A stretch of DNA of 64,000 nt from Thermoplasmatota archaeon. GTDB lineage: Archaea; Thermoplasmatota; Poseidoniia; Poseidoniales; Thalassarchaeaceae. The stretch is from contig JAZAAK010000043.1 of NCBI GenBank assembly GCA_036138175.1, positions 20,610 through 84,609 of the forward strand, given 5' to 3'. Position 1 is the stretch's first letter. Each line of letters opens with the position of its first letter. The notes beneath the pieces were generated by a model that did no database searches, had not been told where the DNA came from, and was given only the letters and a program-made list of their open reading frames with translations. Shown one piece after another: positions 18,328 to 27,910 of the stretch. The position numbers and the translations under genes were made by a program.

Positions 18328-19937
18328 TTCAGTCAGATCCTCTAACATTCATCACCCTAACACCACTTGCTGTAGGTTTAGCCCTATTGATTCTACCATA
18401 TCTCGCTCCTGCAATTATGGCGGATTTCACTCGAAAGATTTCACGCTCACTCTCGATGGGAGTTGCTCTGGCAATCTTCGCTATTACAACCGCATTATTC
18501 CTCGGTCAAATTGGTAATATCGATTGGCTAAATATCACACAAGGTCAGTATGTTTTCGAAAATGAAGAAGTAACTCTACTGAAAAGTATTGGTGTACGTT
18601 GGGTAGTCGGTGTAGACGCATTGTCTTTCCCAATGGTTTGGCTAACAGCCCTGCTAATCCCTATCTCCATGCTAGTTGAGTGGGACGCAAAGAAAGGACA
18701 TCTGTTCCACCCGCTAATACTAATCATGGAGGGTGCACTGATTGGTGTATTCGTCGTACTCGACTTATTCGTCTTCTACGTATTCTGGGAATTGACTCTA
18801 ATTCCGATGTTCTTCCTGATTTTGGTTTGGGGCGGAGATGACCGAAGATATGCTTCGATGAAATTCTTCATCTACACTTTCACAGCAAGTGTTCTGATGC
18901 TAATTGGTATTCTTGTAATGTACTTCCACACCGATCCGATTTCTGGTCTAGGGACTCTAACCGGTCATCATTTCGACTTGGTAGAAATGACGGCCCAGGC
19001 CTCTGGAAATGGTCTGATTGCGGGAGAAGGTTTGCGCCACTTTGTTTGGCTTCTATTGCTGATTGGATTTGCCACAAAGATGCCTAGCGTTCCAGTTCAC
19101 ACTTGGTTACCAGACGCTCACGTTCAGGCACCAACAGCCGGATCAATGCTGTTAGCCGGAGTCATGTTGAAGATGGGGGCATACGGATTCCTCAGAATTG
19201 CTGTAACCATATTCCCAGAATCAACTGTAGTCTTTACTCCGTTGTTGATTATACTAGGAATGGCGAGCCTAGTGTATGGAGCCATAGTCTGTATGGGTCA
19301 AACGAATCTCAAGCGCATGGTTGCTTATTCGTCGGTATCTCACATGGGATTGATTTTCCTCGGAATTGCAACCATGCAACCACTGGGAATCGCCGGTGCG
19401 CTATTCATGATGTTTGCACATGGAATCATCAGCCCGCTTCTCTTCGCTGTAGCGGGTGCCTTCAAGCACCACTACCACACTCTTGAGATTGGCTCGATGC
19501 GTGGAATCGCCCACCACTCTCCATGGTTGGCTGGCCATATGATGCTAGGTTGGATGGCGAGCCTTGGCCTTCCCTTATTGGCTGGATTCGTCGCCGAAAT
19601 TGCAGTAATGATTGCCTTCTGGATGACATTTGGTTGGTTAGTAATTTGGCCAGCATTGACCCTAATAATTACTGCTGTTTACTATTTAACCAGTATGCAG
19701 AGAACTATTTTCGAAGGTGGAGATCCTCACGTTGGTATACTTCCTGACACAATGCACGGAGAAGAACCTCGAGATATTACATGGCACGAGAACGCTGGAA
19801 TGTTTGTATTGGGAGCTCTAACAGTATTGTTTGGAATCATGCCGTTCATCTTCTGGGACATGATGTCTGATTGGTCCACTGAATTCATGCTGGAGACATT
19901 AGTTCAGGCCATGAATAGTCAGGGGGTGAAGCCCTGA
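18324..19937 (+). CDS. nuoM: Complex I antiporter-like subunit M
   Basis: WLPDAHVQAPTAGSMLLAGVMLKMGAYGF and KRMVAYSSVSHMG motifs. The likely start is TTG 18324 (TTGA overlap with the nuoL stop, preceded by GGGGGGTGAG), not the ORF-track ATG at 18291 inside nuoL. Confidence 0.9.
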   Translation: MIQSDPLTFITLTPLAVGLALLILPYLAPAIMADFTRKISRSLSMGVALAIFAITTALFLGQIGNIDWLNITQGQYVFENEEVTLLKSIGVRWVVGVDALSFPMVWLTALLIPISMLVEWDAKKGHLFHPLILIMEGALIGVFVVLDLFVFYVFWELTLIPMFFLILVWGGDDRRYASMKFFIYTFTASVLMLIGILVMYFHTDPISGLGTLTGHHFDLVEMTAQASGNGLIAGEGLRHFVWLLLLIGFATKMPSVPVHTWLPDAHVQAPTAGSMLLAGVMLKMGAYGFLRIAVTIFPESTVVFTPLLIILGMASLVYGAIVCMGQTNLKRMVAYSSVSHMGLIFLGIATMQPLGIAGALFMMFAHGIISPLLFAVAGAFKHHYHTLEIGSMRGIAHHSPWLAGHMMLGWMASLGLPLLAGFVAEIAVMIAFWMTFGWLVIWPALTLIITAVYYLTSMQRTIFEGGDPHVGILPDTMHGEEPRDITWHENAGMFVLGALTVLFGIMPFIFWDMMSDWSTEFMLETLVQAMNSQGVKP

Positions 19938-21610
19938 TGTTGACCACTGAAGAAATGGAAATACTGCTACCTGAGATTACTCTTGTTGCAGGAATTATTT
20001 TAGCGATTCTAATTCCAAACCTTGGGGACTCAACTCTAAGGATACCTCTTACTAGAACTCGCATTCCTATGTTAATCGGCGGGACTCGATTCAAGAGCAC
20101 CTCCGACCCCAGACTTCCTGCTCGAATTGCAATTCTGGCCCTATTCGTAGCATTTGTGTTTTCTTTCCTAGAAATTAAATCTGCATCTGGTGAGGTTGGC
20201 GGTGTTATCGAAATCACTTCATTCACTAGAATGATGTCTTTCGTATTCTATGGAGCGCTCCTCCTAGCAGCGATCGCTACAACTTACAGAATTCCCGCTC
20301 GGCTGTCTGCTAGGGCCCCAACTGAGCAGGATTCGGAATCTCGAACCGAGGCTCTTATTGCCGCTTTGATGGATAATCGCCGTCAAGTCGACTTTCACAT
20401 TTTACTGATGATGGTTGGACTTGGCATGGGCCTCATGGCAATGGCTTCGAATCTGTTCTTCATGTTCGTGGCCATAGAGTTAGCTAGCCTTGCTGCCTAT
20501 GTATTGGTGGCATTCCACAAAGAGGGGGAAGCTGGAGGTGAAGCCGGGGCGAAATACTTCATTGTCGGTTCAGTTGCGAGTGCTACAGGAATCTACGGAA
20601 TGTCTCTGGTTTATCTTTGGTCAGGAGACCTCGATTTCGATGCACTAGCGGCCCAATGGGCGGCTATGGATGAATTAGATCCATTCGCAGTAATTGGTGT
20701 TGGATTGATGTTGGTTGCTTTTGGATTCAAAGTCAGCGCTGCACCATTCCATCTCGCTGCTCCAGATGCTTATGCCGGGGCCTCTTCACCAGTTGCAGGT
20801 GTGCTGGCTACTGCTTCCAAGGCGATGGGTTTTGTCGCCCTCTTCAGAGTTCTAATCGAGGTTACAATGCCCGAGGAGGGAGAGGCTCTTTGGTTTGGCA
20901 TTCTTGCAATTATCGCTATAATTACGATGACTTGGGGTAACCTAGCAGCATTAACCAGCGAAAATCCAAAGAGGATGTTAGCGTACTCGAGCGTTGCCCA
21001 CGCTGGATACATGCTGGCGGCAATGGCTGCTGTCGGTAGCGGAGTAGGTGACTCATCGACAACTGAGCTAGTATTGGTTGCAATCGTCTTCCACCTTACA
21101 ATTTTGGTTCTGTTCAAACTAGGTGCATTCCTAGTTCTTGGTATGCTTGAGACAGAAGGTCGAAGTCACCGCTTGGAAGACCTTCACGGTCTCGCTCATC
21201 GAGACCCGTTGATTGCAGGTTCGATGTTTATCTTCATGCTAGCATTGGCTGGAGTTCCGCCATTATCGGGATTCCTTTCGAAATTGTTGATGATCAATGG
21301 AATCGTAAATATCAGCGCTGGCACTGGTAGCACATCTACAGATGGAATTATTCCTTGGGCCGAGACAGTCGACCCAGTATTCTGGCTTGCAATGGCAATT
21401 GTATTGAACAGCGCTTTGTCTCTATTCTACTATCTTCGAATTGGCCTGGTTATGTTTTTCGAAGCTCCTGAAAACGCTAAGACTCTTAGAGAGGCATTTC
21501 ATCTTCGGAATACCATCCTAGTGCTTACAGTACTAACGGTATTCTTTGGTATTGGTTCAGGTGCAGAGTATCTTCTAGACCTCGTTGAGACAGCGGTTTC
21601 CGCACTTTGA
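19937..21610 (+). CDS. nuoN: Complex I antiporter-like subunit N
   Basis: FKVSAAPFHLAAPDAYAGASSPVAG and KRMLAYSSVAHAGY motifs. TGATG overlap with nuoM. Last gene of the operon. Confidence 0.9.
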   Translation: MLTTEEMEILLPEITLVAGIILAILIPNLGDSTLRIPLTRTRIPMLIGGTRFKSTSDPRLPARIAILALFVAFVFSFLEIKSASGEVGGVIEITSFTRMMSFVFYGALLLAAIATTYRIPARLSARAPTEQDSESRTEALIAALMDNRRQVDFHILLMMVGLGMGLMAMASNLFFMFVAIELASLAAYVLVAFHKEGEAGGEAGAKYFIVGSVASATGIYGMSLVYLWSGDLDFDALAAQWAAMDELDPFAVIGVGLMLVAFGFKVSAAPFHLAAPDAYAGASSPVAGVLATASKAMGFVALFRVLIEVTMPEEGEALWFGILAIIAIITMTWGNLAALTSENPKRMLAYSSVAHAGYMLAAMAAVGSGVGDSSTTELVLVAIVFHLTILVLFKLGAFLVLGMLETEGRSHRLEDLHGLAHRDPLIAGSMFIFMLALAGVPPLSGFLSKLLMINGIVNISAGTGSTSTDGIIPWAETVDPVFWLAMAIVLNSALSLFYYLRIGLVMFFEAPENAKTLREAFHLRNTILVLTVLTVFFGIGSGAEYLLDLVETAVSAL

Positions 21611-21649
21611 TTCACCGCTTGAATTCATCATACTTGCATCATATTCCCT

Positions 21650-21678
21650 CCCCTAGTTTAATTATACGTCACTAGGGG
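21650..21678 (+). terminator. Hairpin CCCCTAGT-(13 nt)-ACTAGGGG downstream of nuoN
   Basis: 8-bp inverted repeat 40 nt after the nuoN stop. The loop is A/T-rich. Confidence 0.4.
21657..21666 (+). promoter_or_regulatory. TATA-box-like element TTTAATTATA upstream of the pentapeptide lipoprotein gene
   Basis: Matches the archaeal TATA consensus (TTTAWATA-like). It lies about 70 nt upstream of ATG 21736 and inside the hairpin loop. Confidence 0.3.
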
Positions 21679-21735
21679 GCCCCTTGTTGATATCGTTGGT
21701 AAAATAACTAAGTGCTTAGGTCATTCACCGGCGGC

Positions 21736-22503
21736 ATGAATCAACTAAAACCGATGATTATTGTATTGCTAATGTTAACATCCGCTCTTGCAGGATGTGC
21801 TGGAACTGACACCACTGATTTAGAACAACAGATAGAAGATTTACAACAATCAAATGATCAAATGAATGAGACTATCCATAGCATGGAAATTACTCTTCAA
21901 GAAAGGAATACTGAGATTGCAACATTGAACTCAAATGTGGCTATGCTGGAATCAACAATAGTGGTTGAAGAGATGTACAGAGACTCACTACTGGCATTAC
22001 TAGAGGAGTCAAACTCATCTAATGAAATGCTCATGTCAATTATCGAAGATTCTGACAATTCAATATTGGCTCTCCTAAATAACCTTGAGATGGAGCAGAA
22101 TCTGGTTGAAGAGTGGGTTGAAAGGGCATTTAGGAATGATTTTTCTCATATGGATCTGACTGGTTACAACCTAAGTGGTGCTGACTTCTCTGGTGCCGAC
22201 CTGAGATATGCAGACCTTTCGGGTGTTTATATGGAAGGTGCCGATCTAACTGATGCCTACCTGTATGGTGCCAACCTTTCTGGTGCCAATATGTCCTATT
22301 CCACCCTTAATTATGCCAACCTGATAGAAGCCAATCTAAGTGGTGTCGATTTAAGTAATTCCATACTTATGTACACCGATCTAAGATGGGCCAATGTTAC
22401 CGGAGCCAATTTTAATGACATATTCTGGTACGCTGCCATATGTCCGGATGAGACTACGACAGGTGCGCCTGCCGTGAACGCATGCCTCCAGTCATTGTCA
22501 TGA
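21736..22503 (+). CDS. Lipobox lipoprotein with coiled-coil segment and C-terminal pentapeptide-repeat domain
   Basis: MNQLKPMIIVLLMLTSALAGC lipoprotein-type signal. Heptad-like Leu/Glu/Asn-rich segment (about nt 21814-22116), then about 18 pentapeptide repeats. The ORF track starts at GTG 21712. Confidence 0.75.
   Translation: MNQLKPMIIVLLMLTSALAGCAGTDTTDLEQQIEDLQQSNDQMNETIHSMEITLQERNTEIATLNSNVAMLESTIVVEEMYRDSLLALLEESNSSNEMLMSIIEDSDNSILALLNNLEMEQNLVEEWVERAFRNDFSHMDLTGYNLSGADFSGADLRYADLSGVYMEGADLTDAYLYGANLSGANMSYSTLNYANLIEANLSGVDLSNSILMYTDLRWANVTGANFNDIFWYAAICPDETTTGAPAVNACLQSLS
22138..22416 (+). repeat. Pentapeptide repeats (A[DN]LxG-like), protein-level tandem repeat
   Basis: DLTGYNLSGADFSGADLRYADLSGVYMEGADLTDAYLYGANLSGANMSYSTLNYANLIEANLSGVDLSNSILMYTDLRWANVTGANF. 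Confidence 0.8.
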
Positions 22504-22567
22504 AATGTATCATATTACGTACCCGAGTTGACGGACTCATCATAAGGGAGAATAGGATGCAAGTGTC

Positions 22568-23275
22568 ATGAAGGTCAGCGCACTAAATTTATTCTTACTC
22601 ATATTCCTTGCCGCCCTTACAGGGTGCACTGGCTCGGAAGAGGGCTCGGTCGAGGCAGAAAATTACACTGGCGAGTTGAAGATACTTGCCTTGCATGGAG
22701 GAGGGGACAGTCCGGAGGGGCTAATGGGACAGCCTGGAATGCAGGACCTGATGTCCGACCTGCCGGAATTCGAGTTCTTCTTCGCAGATGCTCCTGACCA
22801 CGATAGCATGTGCGATCAATGCTGGTACGCTGATCCCCCAGGGGGGAAGGGAGAGCCTAATGAGGATAGGACTTGGGCGGACGTATCGATAGAGTATCTA
22901 GACGGAATAGTGGAGGAGCATGGTCCCTTCTACGGCATCCTTGGATACTCACAAGGGTGCCCGATGGCGACTGTCTACATCGCCAACTCCAATACATCCT
23001 TCGAGAAAGCGTTCCTCTTCAACGGATACCTGCCTACGACGCACTCCGGGCTCAACGACACCATCAACGAAGTTGCCCCTCTGGATGTAGATGCGCTTAT
23101 TTTCGGCGGAGAAAATGATGTTTTCATATTCGGGGTAGAAGAACTCGCGGGTGTTTATCAGGAGCCTACGATAATAATCAGCAGCACCGCGGATCACTAT
23201 CTGCCATTTTCAGACGATGAGACATATGGGGACGTGCTTGCATTTTTCAGAAAAGGAACAAATGGAACCCTCTGA
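22568..23275 (+). CDS. Lipobox lipoprotein of the FSH1/OVCA2-type serine hydrolase family
   Basis: Signal LFLLIFLAALTGC. LKILALHGGGDS, HGPFYGILGYSQGCPMAT (GxSxG nucleophile elbow) and LIFGGENDV match the FSH1 alpha/beta-hydrolase pattern. Local GC is clearly higher than in the flanking genes. Confidence 0.65.
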   Translation: MKVSALNLFLLIFLAALTGCTGSEEGSVEAENYTGELKILALHGGGDSPEGLMGQPGMQDLMSDLPEFEFFFADAPDHDSMCDQCWYADPPGGKGEPNEDRTWADVSIEYLDGIVEEHGPFYGILGYSQGCPMATVYIANSNTSFEKAFLFNGYLPTTHSGLNDTINEVAPLDVDALIFGGENDVFIFGVEELAGVYQEPTIIISSTADHYLPFSDDETYGDVLAFFRKGTNGTL

Positions 23276-23368
23276 GGTGTCGCCATCATGCCACCTAAGG
23301 ATTCTGATATGTACATCATAATCAAGCTCGTTTTCTGATATCCTGCCCTCTAAGTCGTGTGATATCCA

Positions 23369-24271
23369 TTGGACATAAATGATATACTAATCTCATCATT
23401 TACTTCTATGGAACCAAGAGAGGTATCAGTCGCCGCACATTACAAGTTACCTTGGTTTCTGACTTCTTTTGTAAGAATATTAGATTACGTTTCTAAGGGA
23501 TTAGCAACTCGTTTCCTCTGGAGAATTTTCTGTGGGCCAATCAAATTCAAGACACCCTCCAGAGAGGCTGAGTTTTACAAAAAGACCGAACATGAAAAGA
23601 TACAGACAAAATCTACGAGCAAGGAAATCATGCTTTATCGGATTCCAAATGATGGTCATAAGATACTCTTTGTACATGGTTGGAATGGAAGATCAAGTCA
23701 ATTCTACCGAATAATCGAATTGCTCTCTGATGAGGGCTATGATATTACGGCTATTGATCTTCCAGGCCATGGAAGGTCAACTAGGAGCACCACAACTCTA
23801 CCAGAAATTACTGATTTGATATCTGAGGTTACGAAATCGAGAGGCCCTTATCATGGAATTGTCTGCCACTCGTTTGGAGTTGTAGCCGCACTCAATGCTG
23901 TAAGATTCGGAGCTACCTTTGAGAAATTAGTTCTAATATCTCCGGGAATGTATGAAGCCAAACCGATGTTCAAGACCTTCGTCGGCCTTTTTGGTTTGGA
24001 TGAGGAATACTATGCAGATAGGTTGTTTGACCTCGCTGAGTCGATATACGGGGCCAGTCCTGGAGAGTTTGGCCTAGACCGGTTCTCTAAACAAATCGAG
24101 ACGAAGGCGCTGATTATTCATTGCGAGGACGACAAGGAGGCGATGAAAGAAATTGCACTCACTCTGCACAGTGACATGAAAAATTCTGTATTACATCTGA
24201 CTGAAGGGCTCGGGCACAGGAGAATTCTGAGAGATGAAAAGGTTGCAGAGAAAGTAATGAATTTCTTGTAG
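23369..24271 (+). CDS. Alpha/beta-fold hydrolase
   Basis: ILFVHGWNGRSSQF...DLPGHGRS, nucleophile elbow VCHSFGV and late GLGHRRIL. Start uncertain: TTG 23369 or ATG 23408. Confidence 0.7.
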   Translation: MDINDILISSFTSMEPREVSVAAHYKLPWFLTSFVRILDYVSKGLATRFLWRIFCGPIKFKTPSREAEFYKKTEHEKIQTKSTSKEIMLYRIPNDGHKILFVHGWNGRSSQFYRIIELLSDEGYDITAIDLPGHGRSTRSTTTLPEITDLISEVTKSRGPYHGIVCHSFGVVAALNAVRFGATFEKLVLISPGMYEAKPMFKTFVGLFGLDEEYYADRLFDLAESIYGASPGEFGLDRFSKQIETKALIIHCEDDKEAMKEIALTLHSDMKNSVLHLTEGLGHRRILRDEKVAEKVMNFL

Positions 24272-24396
24272 ATTCCAAGTACAATTGCCCGACAATACAA
24301 ACCCTCGATGATCCCCTCGAGTCCCACGGAATGGCGCAAATATCGGTCCAATGAACAAGGCATGGTTTCACATAGGGGTCTCTCGACCGACGCCCA

Positions 24397-24942
24397 ATGG
24401 CGCGTCGGGAGGAGCGTGTGGACACAGAGTTGCTGGCGCAGCTTGAATCTGGTTCCGGCGATAAAATTCGGGTAACCCTCCCGAATAAGAAAATCAACGA
24501 AATGTTCGCTATCGCAGACCAAATCCTTGGCGGCCGAAGAGTTAGAGCGGTTTGCGAAGATGGTGAGAGTCGATTGGCGCGAATTCCAGGAAAGATGCGA
24601 AGACGCCAATGGGTCCGTGAGGGTGACCTAGTAATTGTTCAACCATGGGATTTTCAAGATTCAAGAGCAGATGTAAGGATGCGCTATACAAAGACTCAGT
24701 CAATCTATCTTTCACGAAAGGGCGTCTTACCTGAGATAGTCGACTTATTCGGAATGACCGATGACCAAATTCATGAACAGGATGAGGATTACGAAGTCGT
24801 CGAGTCCGGTGCAGTGGAAGAGGATACAGCAACCGAAGAGGCCGAAGAAGTCGAAACGGTAGAAGAAGAAGTTGTTGAAGAGCCGAAGAACTCGACCTTT
24901 GCTGATAATGACGATGATGATATCGACTCATTCTTCGGGTGA
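24397..24942 (+). CDS. eif1a: Translation initiation factor aIF-1A with a long acidic C-terminal tail
   Basis: S1/OB core EMFAIADQILGGRRVRAVCEDGESRLARIPGKMRRRQWVREGDLVIVQPWDFQDSRADVRMRY. A tail of about 60 aa (24757-24939) is rich in Asp/Glu and ends DDDDIDSFFG. Confidence 0.9.
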   Translation: MARREERVDTELLAQLESGSGDKIRVTLPNKKINEMFAIADQILGGRRVRAVCEDGESRLARIPGKMRRRQWVREGDLVIVQPWDFQDSRADVRMRYTKTQSIYLSRKGVLPEIVDLFGMTDDQIHEQDEDYEVVESGAVEEDTATEEAEEVETVEEEVVEEPKNSTFADNDDDDIDSFFG

Positions 24943-25829
24943 GGAAGATGGCAGATCCCGACTGGGAAGATGTTGACCCAGACACTCTAATGAGATCGGC
25001 GAAGCAGTATGATTGGATGACGGAGCCACGCTTCAAGCGAATGTTTGAGGAAATCGAAGACAAATTGCAAGGAGTTCTTGGCTCCGGTCAATATGATTGG
25101 GTCGATAGGCGAGTATTCGACGCGGTCTTCGATCGTTCCACTCTGATGTCTTTGCACAAACTGATGCAGGCAGGTGAGATAGAAACTGTAGATTATCCAA
25201 TCGCTCGCGGTAAGGAGGCTCACGTATTTCATGCAACAACAAACCAAGGACCGGCTGCAGTGAAGATTTTCCATACTACAAATGCCGTCTTCAAAAGTCT
25301 TGCAAAATACATCGATGGCGACCCACGATTCGGTGGACTAAAGCGCCGTCATCGTGAATTGGTAAAGATCTGGGTTCGAAAGGAATACCGTAACCTGCGC
25401 CGAATGCGGAAAGCCGGAATCAGAGTTCCAAGACCCAGAGCGATTCTAAACAACGTCTTGGTTATGGATTTAATCGGTGATGAAAGCGAACCTTCTCCTC
25501 GCCTGAAAGACATAACTATTGATGATCCGAAGGGAGTCTTCGATGACCTTCTTGAGATTCTTGCAGTTTGTTGGCAAACTTGTGATCTTGCTCATGCAGA
25601 CTTTAGCGAGTACAACATTCTCTGGTACGATGGCGAACCATGGGTAATTGATGTCGGTCAAGCAGTAGTTAGTGCTCATCCTTCCTCAAATGAATTCCTA
25701 GTTCGAGACGTCACTCGCCTCGTTGAGTGGATTAATCGACAAGGATACGAGGTAAATCTCGCTGACTCTTTGTTAAGAGTGCTCGAGGAACCGGTTCCAA
25801 CCTACCCCGCTCTTTCAGGCGGAGATTAA
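24939..25829 (+). CDS. rio1: RIO-type serine protein kinase (Rio1-like, no N-terminal wHTH)
   Basis: GKEAHVFHA, catalytic LAHADFSEYNILW and metal-binding VIDVGQAV. 4-nt overlap with the aIF1A gene. Confidence 0.9.
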   Translation: MRKMADPDWEDVDPDTLMRSAKQYDWMTEPRFKRMFEEIEDKLQGVLGSGQYDWVDRRVFDAVFDRSTLMSLHKLMQAGEIETVDYPIARGKEAHVFHATTNQGPAAVKIFHTTNAVFKSLAKYIDGDPRFGGLKRRHRELVKIWVRKEYRNLRRMRKAGIRVPRPRAILNNVLVMDLIGDESEPSPRLKDITIDDPKGVFDDLLEILAVCWQTCDLAHADFSEYNILWYDGEPWVIDVGQAVVSAHPSSNEFLVRDVTRLVEWINRQGYEVNLADSLLRVLEEPVPTYPALSGGD

Positions 25830-25855
25830 AACGGGACGGCGGGTCGCCCGCTTTC

Positions 25856-26584
25856 GTGGAACTCCTAGCCCGCATACCCAAGGACCGCATAGCGGTGCTA
25901 ATTGGCAAGGCAGGTCGCACTCGCAAGATGCTTGAGAAAGCAAGTGGCGCGAGTTTGGAAATCGATTCTCAAACCGGTGATGTATCGGCCATTTGGGAAG
26001 CGGATGAAATCGATCCTATTGTGAAAATGAAAATGCCTGATGTAATCCGCGCGATTGGACGTGGACTAGCACCAAATCGCGCGGTAAAATTACTCGATGA
26101 CGAGGTGTTCCTCCGAATGTACGACATTCGTGAATGGGTAGGACGTCAGCCAAACCAGACACGCCGAATGCGAAGCCGATTAATCGGGAGGAACGGACGC
26201 ATTCGTAGCTTAATCGAAGAGATGTCCCAAACCGAGATGGCAATCTACGGCTCCACAGTTTTGGTAATTGGAGACGAGGATGGTCTAGCGCTAGCCACCC
26301 CTGCAATTGAGAATATTCTCAATGGAGCCGAACATGGAACAGTCCTACATGGCCTAGAACAAGATCGCAAGCGTATGAGAATACAATCTCGTAGTCTTGA
26401 CACATATGATACCGGTAAAGGATCATCCGATGCCTTTGACGCATTAGTTCCTGGACTCGCAGATGCCCGACGCCGACGTGAACGCAGATTCAAGTCTGCT
26501 CAAGTCGATCCAGATGATGAGGAAGAAGTCGCTGAGATGTTAGAATTGGCAGAAGACGAGTCAATAACTTACGGCGAAGAGTGA
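25856..26584 (+). CDS. KH-domain RNA-binding protein (archaeal Dim2/Pno1-like) with charged C-terminal extension
   Basis: Two KH GxxG-type segments: RIAVLIGKAGRTRKMLE and RLIGRNGRIRSLIE. GTG start. Third gene of the conserved archaeal aIF1A-Rio1-KH arrangement. Confidence 0.8.
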   Translation: MELLARIPKDRIAVLIGKAGRTRKMLEKASGASLEIDSQTGDVSAIWEADEIDPIVKMKMPDVIRAIGRGLAPNRAVKLLDDEVFLRMYDIREWVGRQPNQTRRMRSRLIGRNGRIRSLIEEMSQTEMAIYGSTVLVIGDEDGLALATPAIENILNGAEHGTVLHGLEQDRKRMRIQSRSLDTYDTGKGSSDAFDALVPGLADARRRRERRFKSAQVDPDDEEEVAEMLELAEDESITYGEE

Positions 26585-26612
26585 TTTCTACAGCCGCCAC
26601 GCCTAAGCGCAG

Positions 26613-27908
26613 GTGCTTTCTCGACAGGCCGTGAACTTGCTAGAGGAGTGGTACGATTACGAGCGTTTGGTAATCCAAGCGCTCGCCGTAATAATGACAT
26701 TATTCTGTATTGGAGCATTCCTTGGAACTTTGGATGTGTCTAATCCATTATCTGATTTTGTCTACAAATATTATCTCGATCCAATCATTGGAGAATCAAC
26801 TGGGGATTCCGGTTACAATATGGTCAACACCATGACCTATGGAATCGTTCTGGCCATGTTTGTAGTAGCAATGTCTGGCTGGCTGAGGCATTTGGGAGTC
26901 GATGGCTCTGACAGAACGCTACTGGCATTACTTCCATTCGTGCTTTGGGCGGCACTCGGGGAGATTGTAGAAGACGCAGAAATGTTTGGAAAATTCTTCT
27001 CGGCATGGTTTGTAAGTCCTGGAGTTCACTTCCAGACAGCTGCTTGGGTAATTATCGCTGGCTGGTTTGGATATTCAATCCATAACTCAGATTCTAGCGA
27101 TGAAGAAAAGGCCGAGAAGGTAAAATCCGCTTCGATGATTATCATCTTCACTCAATTTGTAATCTATGCTAATTCAATCGATGGTAAAGTTGACTTCGAT
27201 ATCTTATTGATGCTATTCTTCAGCATAATTGCGTTCTTCTCCCCGCATATTTTGGAATCCAGCGCTGATGGTTTTGACAATATCCAGCGCACAGTCTACT
27301 TTTCAGGAATCGGCGGTTGTCTAGTTCTCTTCGGAGCCATTGCATCGTATTTGTCTTCAATCGACATAACTCAAATTGACAATTATCCATACAATTTCGT
27401 TGCAGTGGTCGTAGTTATTGGATTCCCAGTAGTACTGTGCTGGTTCATGCTAGAACAAGGAAGAGAGGCCGCCGCAGAACTGGAATCTCAAGGAATCATT
27501 GCAGGAATTTTACCACCTGGAATGAACGAAGATGAATACATGGCACTCGAATCGGAGCAGAAGACTCTGATTGAATCCCTACGACTGAAGGCAACAATGG
27601 CATATCCGGTTGCATTCCTTCCCGTTGCCGGCCAGTTGATGGATGGTATTGCTACATACATCGGCATCGACTTCTTTGGATACACTGAGAAGCACATAGT
27701 ATCGGAGGCAGTGGTGCAATTGTTCGATACCGCACTGACTTTTGCAGTCCTTAAGTTAGGAATTGGTGGAGTTGTATTCTGGTTCTATTCAATGGCCAAC
27801 TTCGAGTATCGTCAACAGCATCTCCGACTATTGATTGGGCTTGCACTAATGGTGGTTGGAATGGCCCCTGGATTGCGTAATGTCGGGCGATTGATGTTGG
27901 GTGTCTAA
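26613..27908 (+). CDS. Polytopic membrane protein, DUF63-like (archaeal), function unknown
   Basis: About 9 predicted TM helices. The N-terminal YYLDPI...[14 protein letters not shown] resembles the DUF63 family as I remember it. The assignment is tentative. Confidence 0.5.
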   Translation: MLSRQAVNLLEEWYDYERLVIQALAVIMTLFCIGAFLGTLDVSNPLSDFVYKYYLDPIIGESTGDSGYNMVNTMTYGIVLAMFVVAMSGWLRHLGVDGSDRTLLALLPFVLWAALGEIVEDAEMFGKFFSAWFVSPGVHFQTAAWVIIAGWFGYSIHNSDSSDEEKAEKVKSASMIIIFTQFVIYANSIDGKVDFDILLMLFFSIIAFFSPHILESSADGFDNIQRTVYFSGIGGCLVLFGAIASYLSSIDITQIDNYPYNFVAVVVVIGFPVVLCWFMLEQGREAAAELESQGIIAGILPPGMNEDEYMALESEQKTLIESLRLKATMAYPVAFLPVAGQLMDGIATYIGIDFFGYTEKHIVSEAVVQLFDTALTFAVLKLGIGGVVFWFYSMANFEYRQQHLRLLIGLALMVVGMAPGLRNVGRLMLGV

Positions 27909-27910
27909 TC

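Noticed and set aside
24118-24609. 163-aa minus-strand ORF spanning the hydrolase/aIF1A intergenic region.
   Set aside because: It overlaps the 3' end of the hydrolase gene and the conserved 5' part of aIF1A. It has no RBS and no recognisable motif, and its composition is biased like the other antisense ORFs.
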